42,825 bases of DNA, taken from IMG/VR virus record IMGVR_UViG_3300020044_008413, positions 1 through 42,825 of that record. One strand, given 5' to 3'. The notes under the pieces were generated by a model that saw nothing but the letters and a program-made list of their open reading frames with translations, had not been told where the DNA came from and ran no database searches. Shown piece by piece: positions 34,626-42,825 of this stretch. Every line of letters starts with the position of its first letter. Position 1 is the stretch's first letter. The DNA comes from a virus. Taxonomy: Duplodnaviria > Caudoviricetes. Made by a program: the position numbers and the translations under genes.

Positions 34626-34838
34626 TTACAGCCCGTCGATGTCGTCAATCTCTGTCAGATTGTCAAGCACTGCGAGCTTTTTGCGCGCTTCGCTTGCCGT
34701 TTCCGACGTGATGACGATTTTGCGGCCACTGACGAGGCCAAGCGTGATTTCATTGGCTTTGCCTTGCGGCTCTGTCCATGATTCGATGGCGCTTCGCTGT
34801 ATGCGCTCGCTGTTGATTTTTACGATTGGATTAGCCAT
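34626..34838 (-). CDS. Hypothetical protein
   Basis: 70 aa; followed by GGCGCATC/GATGCGCC hairpin and T-run. Confidence 0.65.
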   Translation of the reverse strand: MANPIVKINSERIQRSAIESWTEPQGKANEITLGLVSGRKIVITSETASEARKKLAVLDNLTEIDDIDGL

Positions 34839-34842
34839 TTTC

Positions 34843-35328
34843 TTATTCGCCCTCCTTCGGCGGTTCTTTGGTAATATGCGTGGGACTTGATCGGAGCGGA
34901 ATTTTTGCCTTTCCCGCTAAGACAACAAGATCCAAGATGATAAGATTGACAGCGTTTGAGAGTTCGCCGATTCCGCGCTGGAGTTTAGCAGAATCGGCGG
35001 CGTTAGCAGCGCGGGAATTGCCAAGCTCGGATTTGAGTAGTTCGGTGATTTCTTGCTTTGTTTTGTCCTTATTGGTTGAAAGGGCTTTGATTCCAGCCTC
35101 CTGACCTCGTTGCCATTGCTTGAAAATGTAGATAATGGCTCCACCAAGGCAAAAGATAGCCAACACCAAAAGAGCAAGGAGAACGACAAGAGCTTTAAGC
35201 CCGAACTCGAAACCCTCCCCGCCTGTTGATTCAGGTGATACGCCCTCTGTTGCGTGGCTAAGACCCTCAATGAGTCGCCATAGTGTCGCGATTCCTGCCG
35301 TGTCTGTTGGTAATTGGGAAATGACCAT
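34843..35328 (-). CDS. Single-TM membrane protein with coiled coil (holin/spanin-like candidate)
   Basis: LKALVVLLALLVLAIFCLGGAIIYIF hydrophobic helix; TATATTTG promoter at 35452-35445. Confidence 0.55.
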   Translation of the reverse strand: MVISQLPTDTAGIATLWRLIEGLSHATEGVSPESTGGEGFEFGLKALVVLLALLVLAIFCLGGAIIYIFKQWQRGQEAGIKALSTNKDKTKQEITELLKSELGNSRAANAADSAKLQRGIGELSNAVNLIILDLVVLAGKAKIPLRSSPTHITKEPPKEGE

Positions 35329-35547
35329 TGAATTTCCTTAGAGTGATTTGACGTAAATATGATGCTTTTTTGCATACTTTATCTTGCTAATTTTCCCTAA
35401 GCCCGTGGTCATCGGCTTTAATGGTTGCAAGCCCACCGATTCGGCAAATATAGGGTTTTCATTTTCATTTGGAAATTCCTTCGACCAACGCCCCATTTTA
35501 AACGACAAAAGGCCCGAGATTCGGGCCTTTCCTATGGATATGAGCTA

Positions 35548-36099
35548 TCAGAATTCCTTATAAAGCATATTCGGCCTAGTCGCAGTGACCTGTCGCCACG
35601 TTTGCCCGTCAAACTCGAACAGACGACGGGTTTGGGTTGGTTCGGTGATCGCGGTTGGGAGGGTGCAAAGGGTGTCGGTGAATGCGATCGGTGACGGCAA
35701 TTGGCGCGTTACCATTGAATCGGTTTTGCTGAATACCGTAACACTTGCCCCTTCGTAACTGTTGATAATGATGCGCGCGCCTTGCGGGAAGTCAAACAGC
35801 AACCGTAGCTCCATGCCCGCCCATTGGGTAAGGTTGGCGCAGGTGTCGAAATGCACGTAGTTCTCTGTCATTATCAGCACCTCAGCCATCCCGTCGCCGC
35901 CGATGTCAATTGCCCCATTGTAGGAACTTGCAACGATGTAGGTATGCGAGACGGTCGGGCTGCATTGGTATTGATAGCAGTCGATCAAATCACCCTGCAG
36001 AACGTCGGTCTGTGTCGTGCCGATGAACAAAGAATCTTGCCCAAACACGACATAGGCAGTTGCAAGGGCAAAGATTAGGAACAAAACGAGCTTTTTCAT
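35548..36099 (-). CDS. Secreted protein with Sec signal peptide
   Basis: MKKLVLFLIFALATAYVVFG-Q, typical Bacteroidota signal peptide ending before Gln. Confidence 0.7.
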   Translation of the reverse strand: MKKLVLFLIFALATAYVVFGQDSLFIGTTQTDVLQGDLIDCYQYQCSPTVSHTYIVASSYNGAIDIGGDGMAEVLIMTENYVHFDTCANLTQWAGMELRLLFDFPQGARIIINSYEGASVTVFSKTDSMVTRQLPSPIAFTDTLCTLPTAITEPTQTRRLFEFDGQTWRQVTATRPNMLYKEF

Positions 36100-36350
36100 T
36101 TCTCTTTTACTTTTGGTGGTGTAACGACTGCAAACCTGCAATCACCAATTAGATGCACACTTGCGGGAATTTCCACAAGCGACCAAGGATAAATTCGCGT
36201 ACCTAGTTGGGTGTAAGGCTTCGCGCTGAACTCGGTTGCGCTGTGGATTTCGACCCTCACAAGGTCGTAACCCTTCAATTCAGCCGCTTTTGATAGGTCG
36301 TTTAATGCAGCCGTGACCTCTTTGGATGCTGTGAATTTCTCTAGGATCAT
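36096..36350 (-). CDS. Hypothetical protein
   Basis: 84 aa, ATGA overlaps. Confidence 0.6.
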   Translation of the reverse strand: MILEKFTASKEVTAALNDLSKAAELKGYDLVRVEIHSATEFSAKPYTQLGTRIYPWSLVEIPASVHLIGDCRFAVVTPPKVKEK

Positions 36351-37438
36351 ACAGATAAGGCAAAATTTGCCCCCACTTTTAAGAGTAAAACAAACCGTTG
36401 AGCCGCGACCGCGACCCCCGTTAGGATGTTGCCGCCCGTGACCAATGTCAATGTAGCTGCCGACATTCCATTGAAAAGGTAATACGGCCCATCTTCGCCG
36501 CCCGTGATCGTCTCCAAATCGCCCGCCGCCTCCGTTCCGTCAACGCCCGCCGTGACGGTTCCCATTGCTGCGATGGTGGTGGTGATCGTGCCGGATGTTG
36601 TCGTGGTCAACGTGTAAGCGTTTGCACTTGCGCCCGTCCCGATTGGTGCGGTGATCGTGCAAACCGCGCCCGCCGCCGTGGATGCCGTGTAAGCCGCGCC
36701 CGTGTTGATCGAAGCCGCCAAACCGTCGGCGATGTCTTGCTCGGTATCGGCAACCAATGCCGTATAGCTGCCGATAATAAAAGGCCCATTCCCTTCGTCA
36801 ATAGATGCCGCCACGGTGCAAGGGTAAGCCGACCCTGCGTCGATCGTAACTGACCCCTCTGCCAACACTTCACCCGACAAATTAAACACCGTCAGCACAC
36901 GCGCGGCTGCAAAGATCGAATCGGTCGAATCTACAAACACCGTGGCCGAACTTGGTGACGTGTCGGCGGTGTCGGTTGCAGGATGTCGGGCCACCTCCGA
37001 AAGTGACAAGTCGGGCGCAACAACGAATTCGATCAGGCTGTCAAGTGTTGCGAGTTCAAGTGTTGAATTCTTGACGTTGAGATTGCCCGCCGACGTGAAA
37101 TTAACCCGCCGCCCTGCTGACTCAATGAAGAATATGTAAGTGTCGCCCGCGATTGGGCCACCTTGTCCTGACCACGCGACGGTACCAAGATCATCCGTGG
37201 AAAGTGCGCCGCCCTGGGTGTCTACGCGAATGACATTGATCTTTGCAAGCCGCTCCACCGTTACCACTCCCGCCGATATTTGGACGCTTTGGGGTGCTGT
37301 GGTGCTTTTGAATTCACCAATGAGGCTTTGTAGTGTGGTGTTGATGTTTGCCAATTTGAGCAAACGGCCCATCATTTCGTCGTCGGCAACGGTTGCGAGG
37401 TAGGCGACTTGCGCGTCTGTAAGATCGTAAATTGTCAT
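36347..37438 (-). CDS. Putative tail fibre / tail-associated structural protein
   Basis: 363 aa, Thr/Ala/Gly rich; DTEQDIADGLAASIN motif. Confidence 0.6.
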   Translation of the reverse strand: MTIYDLTDAQVAYLATVADDEMMGRLLKLANINTTLQSLIGEFKSTTAPQSVQISAGVVTVERLAKINVIRVDTQGGALSTDDLGTVAWSGQGGPIAGDTYIFFIESAGRRVNFTSAGNLNVKNSTLELATLDSLIEFVVAPDLSLSEVARHPATDTADTSPSSATVFVDSTDSIFAAARVLTVFNLSGEVLAEGSVTIDAGSAYPCTVAASIDEGNGPFIIGSYTALVADTEQDIADGLAASINTGAAYTASTAAGAVCTITAPIGTGASANAYTLTTTTSGTITTTIAAMGTVTAGVDGTEAAGDLETITGGEDGPYYLFNGMSAATLTLVTGGNILTGVAVAAQRFVLLLKVGANFALSV

Positions 37439-38013
37439 ATGCCTGAAACGTTGTCTATTTCTTGATCGCCCGCCGATGGTAGTGAAGGGATTAGCATTTG
37501 CCGCCCTTCGTAAACGCTTAGATTCACGTCTACGCCTTTTACAAACGAGAAACCCCGCTTGATCGATTGGTGTGCTGATTCACCGTCGCGATAGTTGATG
37601 ATCGCGTATGACAATGTAGCGAGTGCCGATTGTTCAATCAGATCATCGGTCGGCGCGTCATAGCGCATGTAGCCCGACAAGATCCAGAATTCCGCCCGAT
37701 AGCCTAGCCCGATGTACTTGTTGATTAGATTCAGCTTTTCAAAGGTGACAGCCCTATCTGTGTTGATCGTAAAATCAAACCGTCTGGGCTGCAATGATGG
37801 AGCCGCCGCGACGTTGCCGCCGTAGGTGGTGAAGAGCGTGTTTAGAGCCGTTCGGGCCTCGGTGATTCGGCCTTTCACTTCGTCGTTCGAAAAGTACATG
37901 AACACGCCGCCCGAAATCACGACGCCGTTGATGTCGCGGTTCGTGACGATTGCGCCCGTGCGATCCCTGAACCTGAATCGAATGTACTGATCTATGTAAC
38001 CGTTTTGGGCCAT
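37435..38013 (-). CDS. Putative distal tail protein
   Basis: 192 aa; CAACTTTG promoter 4 nt upstream; heads an operon with a fibre-like gene. Confidence 0.45.
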   Translation of the reverse strand: MAQNGYIDQYIRFRFRDRTGAIVTNRDINGVVISGGVFMYFSNDEVKGRITEARTALNTLFTTYGGNVAAAPSLQPRRFDFTINTDRAVTFEKLNLINKYIGLGYRAEFWILSGYMRYDAPTDDLIEQSALATLSYAIINYRDGESAHQSIKRGFSFVKGVDVNLSVYEGRQMLIPSLPSAGDQEIDNVSGI

Positions 38014-38154
38014 TGTTCAAAGTTGGTGAATTTTAGCCGAATGGCAAATTTTCGGGGCGATGAAAAAAAGTTGAAAATATTTTTTGATTTTGTTGCACGT
38101 ATCAAAATTAGCTGTATCTTTGGGTATTGTTAAACGCTAAAGAGATACACGGTT

Positions 38155-38475
38155 ATGAAAAACGCAACGATTTACACCACCACCATCGAAGGCATCGACG
38201 CAAGAATTGGCAATTTGATGAAAGAAGTTCGCAAACAAGTCATTTTTGATATGCCTTTGACCTGCAACGTTCACACCATCGGACAAATCGAAAAAATCGC
38301 GGGCCACTTCAAAGCAATTGTAAGCCATGCAGCCATTCACGAATGCACTGTTGAAGAGGTGTTGATTGCACAACAATGGGACAGCGTAGATCATTGGTTG
38401 CAAATCAACTGCGAGATGAAGGGCCAATCACAAAACATCGAGCTTATCAAGTCAATTTTGGTAGGCTCCAATTAA
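38155..38475 (+). CDS. Hypothetical protein
   Basis: 106 aa; TATCTTTG promoter at 38115-38122. Confidence 0.7.
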   Translation: MKNATIYTTTIEGIDARIGNLMKEVRKQVIFDMPLTCNVHTIGQIEKIAGHFKAIVSHAAIHECTVEEVLIAQQWDSVDHWLQINCEMKGQSQNIELIKSILVGSN

Positions 38476-38484
38476 TCCCCCACC

Positions 38485-38741
38485 CACCCCTCCATCTGCG
38501 GAGGGGTGACATTGAAAATAAGCTTTAACCCGCTGGCTTCGAATTAGCGGGCCTCGTTTGCCCAAGGTAGTGAACATGGAGAATGTTAAACTAGAATTTG
38601 ATGCAAGCAAACGAGGCGAAATAGGGGCGCGAACCCCGAAAACTAAGTTCAATATCTTAAAGCGAGCGCGCATCAGTCACAATCTTTAGCAAGGCGTTCT
38701 TTCCTGATGTGCAACGGCGGGTTTTTGATTGATTGACCGCC
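38485..38741 (+). ncRNA. Candidate multibranched structured RNA
   Basis: Six or more helices including an 11-bp GCCTCGTTTGC/GCAAACGAGGC stem and a TTCGAA loop. Confidence 0.55.
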
Positions 38742-38750
38742 GATGTTTTC

Positions 38751-38788
38751 GAAAACCCGCATTCTCACCGTTTGCGGGTTTTCTTTTT
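38751..38788 (+). terminator. Intrinsic terminator
   Basis: GAAAACCCGCA...TGCGGGTTTTC followed by T5. Confidence 0.7.
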
Positions 38789-38805
38789 ACTTGTATCTTT
38801 GCTGC

Positions 38806-39318
38806 ATGAGTGAAAAAAATAGTCTTTCCAGATTGTTCGAAGTTGTCGCCGAATCGTACCCTAGCATTGAGTTCAAGGGCTTCACTTTCAAGGTTCGCAA
38901 GATCACGCAATCCACGAACGCATTGGCGGCGGTGTACACCATTGAGGATGCAAAGGCGATTCTGAAGGACTTGCCGGAACAGGTCAAGAACGAACCAATC
39001 GAAGACAACGACCTCAAACAGTGGATCGAGTTCAGCACACGGGGCAACGTCGAAGTGATCGAAATTTTCGGATTGAACAAGGTGCAAACCAAAGGCGATT
39101 TGGAAGTCTGCAAGATCGCAATCAAGACGCTTGCAAGCTACGTTTATGCGATGTGCTTACTGAATGAAGACGGAACGACCTTTGGCCGCGATGAAGTGAC
39201 GAAATTGGCTGACCTGATCCAAACCCAACCCGAATTTTTCAACATGATCGATGCAAAGATTGCAGAAATCAACGGGCAAGTCTCCCCAAACGACCAACCG
39301 CCACAAGTGAAGCCGTAG
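38806..39318 (+). CDS. Tail assembly chaperone (gpG-like)
   Basis: Upstream of tape measure; slippery C CCA AAC at 39285-39291; ATG 4 nt after TATCTTTG. Confidence 0.75.
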   Translation: MSEKNSLSRLFEVVAESYPSIEFKGFTFKVRKITQSTNALAAVYTIEDAKAILKDLPEQVKNEPIEDNDLKQWIEFSTRGNVEVIEIFGLNKVQTKGDLEVCKIAIKTLASYVYAMCLLNEDGTTFGRDEVTKLADLIQTQPEFFNMIDAKIAEINGQVSPNDQPPQVKP

Positions 39319-39659
39319 CGGTTGCGCGGCTTGGAAACTGTAAGCTAGGCGGCAAGCATTGGAAAAAATTGTGGGATCACGAACCCACTAGGCAATCACT
39401 GATAGAAGAATCTGAGCGGCTTGTCTACGATCAAAACGAGGCATTAACAAAGGCGTTTTTTGAGCTGTACGCCTTACATAATTACACGTTGTCCAGCTTT
39501 ATGCACTATTTAGGCATGTTGAAGGATGGCAAAACAGCCTATTCCGAGATCATGCAAGGCAGACAAGAAGAGGTTTTGGGCGAAGATCGCTTGCAAACCG
39601 ACCGCGAACGTATGGCTGCAATTGCCAAAGCTGCTGAGGATAAGCGCAAAAATCGTTAA
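39285..39659 (+). CDS. gpGT-like extension reached by -1 ribosomal frameshift
   Basis: The -1 frame from the slippery site is open and contiguous with ORF 39369-39659, which lacks an ATG start. Confidence 0.75.
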   Translation, partial: PKRPTATSEAVAVARLGNCKLGGKHWKKLWDHEPTRQSLIEESERLVYDQNEALTKAFFELYALHNYTLSSFMHYLGMLKDGKTAYSEIMQGRQEEVLGEDRLQTDRERMAAIAKAAEDKRKNR

Positions 39660-39691
39660 TTTGCCGTGCGGCTCTGTTGTCGCGTGACCAA

Positions 39692-42337
39692 ATGGCGCAA
39701 GGTGATATTGAGATTAATGTAGAAGCCACGGGCGTAAGTGCTTACGAGCGTGACATGAAACGCGCAAGCCGCGCAACGTCAAACGCTACGGGGTTAATGT
39801 CTAGTGCATTGAAAAAAATGTCGGCGGCGGCGGCGGGTGCGTTTAGTGTGCGCGCTGTGTGGGACTTTACCAAGGATTCTGTCGCTGCGTTCGCAACCTT
39901 TGAGCAAGCCGCACAAGACTTGTCAGCGATCACGGGCGCAACGGGCAAGGACTTGGAATTTTTCAAGAACCAAGCTGAACAATTAGGAATTGGCGTTGAA
40001 GGTGGCGCGGCAGCTACGCTCAAGGCTTTCGAATTGATCGGATCGGCAAAGCCTGAATTATTGGCATCAAAGGAGGCATTGGCAAGCGTTACAAAAGAGG
40101 CGATTGCATTGTCTCAAGCCTCTGGAATGTCGTTACCTGATGCGGCTTCATCGGCTGTGTCTGCACTGAACCAATACGGCGCGGCTGCGGATCAGGCTGG
40201 AAAGTTCGTCAATGTGTTGGCGGCGGGCGCGTTAGAGGGATCGTCAACGATTGCGAATAGTACTCAAGCATTGGAATCGTTCGGTTCAATTGCGGCGGGT
40301 GCAAATGTAAGCATTGAGGAAAGTATTGGACTTATCCAAACCCTTGCTACCAAGTCCATTATGGGTGCGGAGGCGGGAACAGTGCTTAGGACGATGTTGC
40401 TGAAAATGTCCAACGCTGAAATATTGTCACCTAATGCGTTGGCCGACATGGAGCGTCTTGGAATTAATGCGGCCATTGTTGCCGACACTACGCTGCCTCT
40501 GGAAAAAAGACTTCGTGAAGTTGGCAAGGCAATGAATGACACGGGTGCATTAACCCACATTTTCGAAGAGGCAAACGTTAACGCTGCTAAAACAATCCTT
40601 GGGAATATCGGCGTTTATACCGAACTGACTAAAAAGGTGACGGGAACGGAAGCGGCCTACAAACAGGCCGAAATTAGAAACGCTACCCTCATGCACAGCT
40701 TTACCGAACTGCAAAACCGTATCGGCGGCGTGATGATGGAGTTTGGCGAATCGCTCAAGCCTGTGATTGACGACATTATTAAAGGATTTGTTCCTGCAAT
40801 GAACTCAATTCGGGAGGCATTCATCGAAATCTATACACCAATGGCAGACGCAATCAGTGCGTTTGGTTCGATCTTCAAGGCGTTCGGAATGGCAAGCGAG
40901 GGAGGCAGTCAATTTGCAAACATTGTCGGGACTGTTGTGAAGGTGCTGAAGTTTGTCACAATCCCCGCTCAACTCGCTTGGAAATGGATCGGGTTTGTTG
41001 CGGGCGCATTCGGTTCGGCTGTTTCTGGAATCAAGGACTTTGTGAGCAATTCGCCTATCTTGATGGGCGCGGTTGATGTTCTGATTGCGCCATTCAGGAT
41101 GTTGGGCGACGCTATCGGATGGGTCGGCGATAAGCTAGGCATCGGCGGCGGTGGTACGATCACCGCAATGGAGCAATACACCGCCACCATGAAATATGCG
41201 GGCGAAGAGGTGCTAAAATTGGGGCAAGCGAACGGGCTGACAATCCCCGAAATTCAAGGATTCACAAAGCAAATCGATCTTAGCCGATATGCAGGATTAT
41301 CGCAAGCCGAGGCCACAGTTCGGATGGCGGGCGATATGCGGAACTATGCACTTGTGGCCCGCGCTACGGCGGCGGCTACGGGCGGCGTTACCGATTCGGT
41401 GGATAAACTATCTGGCGCAATGGCAAAGGCTGCTGGCCCTGCTGCTGGATCGATTGACGCGCTGAACGCCAAACTATCGGGCGCAATGGCAAAGGCGGCT
41501 GGCCCTGCTGCTGGATCGATTGACGCGCTGAACGCCAAACTATCGGAACTCAAAAAGGCATTCGCCGCGACGGGTTCGGAACTTGATCGTATCAAATTAG
41601 GTGGACAAATCGAGCAAGTCGAATTTCAAATAGCAAAGTTCGGCAACGTGGTAGACGCAATCGGGCCAAAGGTGCAGGAGATTAGCGGATTGATGAAGGA
41701 CGCAAGCGATCTTCCCGCCCGCTCAATGGATTCGCTCGGTGCTGCCTTTGATCCATCCGCAATGACGGGCGAACTTGACGCAACAGCATCCAAATTCAAG
41801 GCATTTGCATTGACCGTTGCCGACACGTTTGCGGGATTGAAAGACGGTATCAAATCAATGGCCATCGATATGGGCTACACCATCTCCGAGGCTATCGGAT
41901 ATGCGATCACTGCGGGCGGCGGATTTGGCGACGCAATTAAGGCTGTGCTGCGTGAAATGGCGGTGCAAATCCCAAAAATGGCAGGCATGGCGTTATTGAA
42001 TACCGCCGCGACCGCCCCAAGTCCTGTATCATTGCCGCTTGCGATTGCGGGCCTTGCGCTTATGGGCTTGTCGGGCATCTTGTCGGGCGTGTTCAAGGGT
42101 GCGGACGCAAAGAAGGAGCAGGAGCAACAAAGCATTGCCAACAATTCGGGCGCGTCGTCAGTTCCACGTGCTGCTCAGTCGGGTTTAGCGGCATTCGTGG
42201 ACAATCAACAGAACGTGGGTCAACAGGTGGTGGATGCGCTGAATGGAACCCAATTGACGCTACAAGTAGGCGAAAAGTCGATGGATGCCTACGTGAAGGG
42301 TGCGAACAAAAGGAACGCGACACGTGAGGGCAAGTAA
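39692..42337 (+). CDS. Tail tape measure protein (TP901-like core)
   Basis: Ala/Gly-rich helical protein; FEQAAQDLSAITGATG and GAEAGTVLRTML motifs; aromatic-spaced repeats. Confidence 0.92.
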   Translation: MAQGDIEINVEATGVSAYERDMKRASRATSNATGLMSSALKKMSAAAAGAFSVRAVWDFTKDSVAAFATFEQAAQDLSAITGATGKDLEFFKNQAEQLGIGVEGGAAATLKAFELIGSAKPELLASKEALASVTKEAIALSQASGMSLPDAASSAVSALNQYGAAADQAGKFVNVLAAGALEGSSTIANSTQALESFGSIAAGANVSIEESIGLIQTLATKSIMGAEAGTVLRTMLLKMSNAEILSPNALADMERLGINAAIVADTTLPLEKRLREVGKAMNDTGALTHIFEEANVNAAKTILGNIGVYTELTKKVTGTEAAYKQAEIRNATLMHSFTELQNRIGGVMMEFGESLKPVIDDIIKGFVPAMNSIREAFIEIYTPMADAISAFGSIFKAFGMASEGGSQFANIVGTVVKVLKFVTIPAQLAWKWIGFVAGAFGSAVSGIKDFVSNSPILMGAVDVLIAPFRMLGDAIGWVGDKLGIGGGGTITAMEQYTATMKYAGEEVLKLGQANGLTIPEIQGFTKQIDLSRYAGLSQAEATVRMAGDMRNYALVARATAAATGGVTDSVDKLSGAMAKAAGPAAGSIDALNAKLSGAMAKAAGPAAGSIDALNAKLSELKKAFAATGSELDRIKLGGQIEQVEFQIAKFGNVVDAIGPKVQEISGLMKDASDLPARSMDSLGAAFDPSAMTGELDATASKFKAFALTVADTFAGLKDGIKSMAIDMGYTISEAIGYAITAGGGFGDAIKAVLREMAVQIPKMAGMALLNTAATAPSPVSLPLAIAGLALMGLSGILSGVFKGADAKKEQEQQSIANNSGASSVPRAAQSGLAAFVDNQQNVGQQVVDALNGTQLTLQVGEKSMDAYVKGANKRNATREGK
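41405..41546 (+). repeat. 66-bp tandem duplication in tape measure gene
   Basis: KLSGAMAKAAGPAAGSIDALNA twice, copies at 41405 and 41471. Confidence 0.9.
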
Positions 42338-42340
42338 AGA

Positions 42341-42360
42341 AAAAGCCCCGTGTGGGGCTT
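42341..42360. terminator. Terminator hairpin between convergent genes
   Basis: AAGCCCC-GTGT-GGGGCTT with an A-run on the left. Confidence 0.55.
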
Positions 42361-42381
42361 GATCTTCCTTGTCGGGTATCC

Positions 42382-42705
42382 TTATCTTTTCACCGTTGCA
42401 TTGTGGAACTTACCGCATCGGCACTTGTATGCCTTCTGATCGCTTCCAAAAAAGTTCCTAGCCGTTATCCATCCCTTGATAGCCTCATCAAAAGTCTTGT
42501 ACGCCACCTTGTTCGGGGTTGGGCACCACGTTTTGGGCTTTCTCCGTGGTGCAGTTCCTCGCTTTATTTCTTGTAGCTGCAAAATCCACCTACCCACCTC
42601 GCGAAACGCTTGCGTGTAGGTCTTTAATTCCTCACGCGCTATCGTTTGCTGTCTTGATAGCGCGTAGTCGGGTATCTCACTTTTCCACCTGTCGTTAAAG
42701 CTCAC
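42382..42705 (-). CDS. Protein with C-terminal C..K..Y...YxCxCGxxH zinc-binding domain
   Basis: CPTPNKVAY...AYKCRCGKFHNAT; GTG start after GGAGGT. Confidence 0.7.
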   Translation of the reverse strand: MSFNDRWKSEIPDYALSRQQTIAREELKTYTQAFREVGRWILQLQEIKRGTAPRRKPKTWCPTPNKVAYKTFDEAIKGWITARNFFGSDQKAYKCRCGKFHNATVKR

Positions 42706-42825
42706 CCTTCACCTCCTTTCGTTGTTCAAGTTCCCACGCCATGAAAGCGTAGGCGGCTGACATGTTTCGGGCGGTGTCTGCATCATCTTCCCGATCTTGT
42801 CCATGGTGTTCAATGTCAATGATCC
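42705..42825. repeat. Terminal direct repeat (copy 2)
   Basis: Identical to 1-121. Confidence 0.95.

Noticed and set aside
34917-35375. Embedded o-spanin in an alternative frame of the membrane gene
   Set aside because: No N-terminal signal peptide or lipobox; probably a shadow ORF
36347-37438. Contractile tail sheath (myovirus)
   Set aside because: Only a short insertion-type motif matches; no sheath core or baseplate wedge genes recognised
38700-38756. Hammerhead ribozyme (CTGATG...GAAA)
   Set aside because: Core reads CTGATGT rather than CTGATGA and the required stems do not form
1-42825. Genome-wide stop-codon reassignment suggested by the UUA loop
   Set aside because: Genes are intact under code 11 and TAA, TAG and TGA all end well-recognised genes

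Overview
The window looks like one complete, circularly assembled tailed-phage genome of about 42.7 kb. Bases 1-121 repeat at 42705-42825 and a gene reads through that junction. The tape measure gene and absence of a sheath suggest a siphovirus. The host is probably Bacteroidota, from many TTTG-N18-20-TAnnTTTG promoters and a DUF4494 gene. Recognisable modules: SNF2 helicase plus DNA methyltransferase; ParB / ABC-ATPase-GNAT / TerS / TerL / portal / gpF / protease / cement / capsid / neck / tail tube; replication initiator with iterons; DEDDh exonuclease, YqaJ, RecT; Lar-like and MazG-like genes; tail chaperone with a -1 frameshift plus tape measure. The tail genes are scattered over several transcription units. 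I found no integrase, repressor, DNA polymerase or endolysin by eye. The most unusual signal is at RNA level: (i) an ORF-free region of about 650 nt with a promoter, boxA-like site, a permuted T-loop hairpin, and a 74-nt tRNA-like gene with Ala identity (G3.U70) but a UUA-centred non-canonical anticodon loop; (ii) a second multibranched ncRNA candidate; (iii) a kissing-loop leader on the replication operon; (iv) three hairpins sharing the loop C-AUCUGC-G; (v) a T9 tract at the ABC/GNAT domain junction of a putative DNA-modification enzyme. All calls are by-eye motif recognition; no searches were run.
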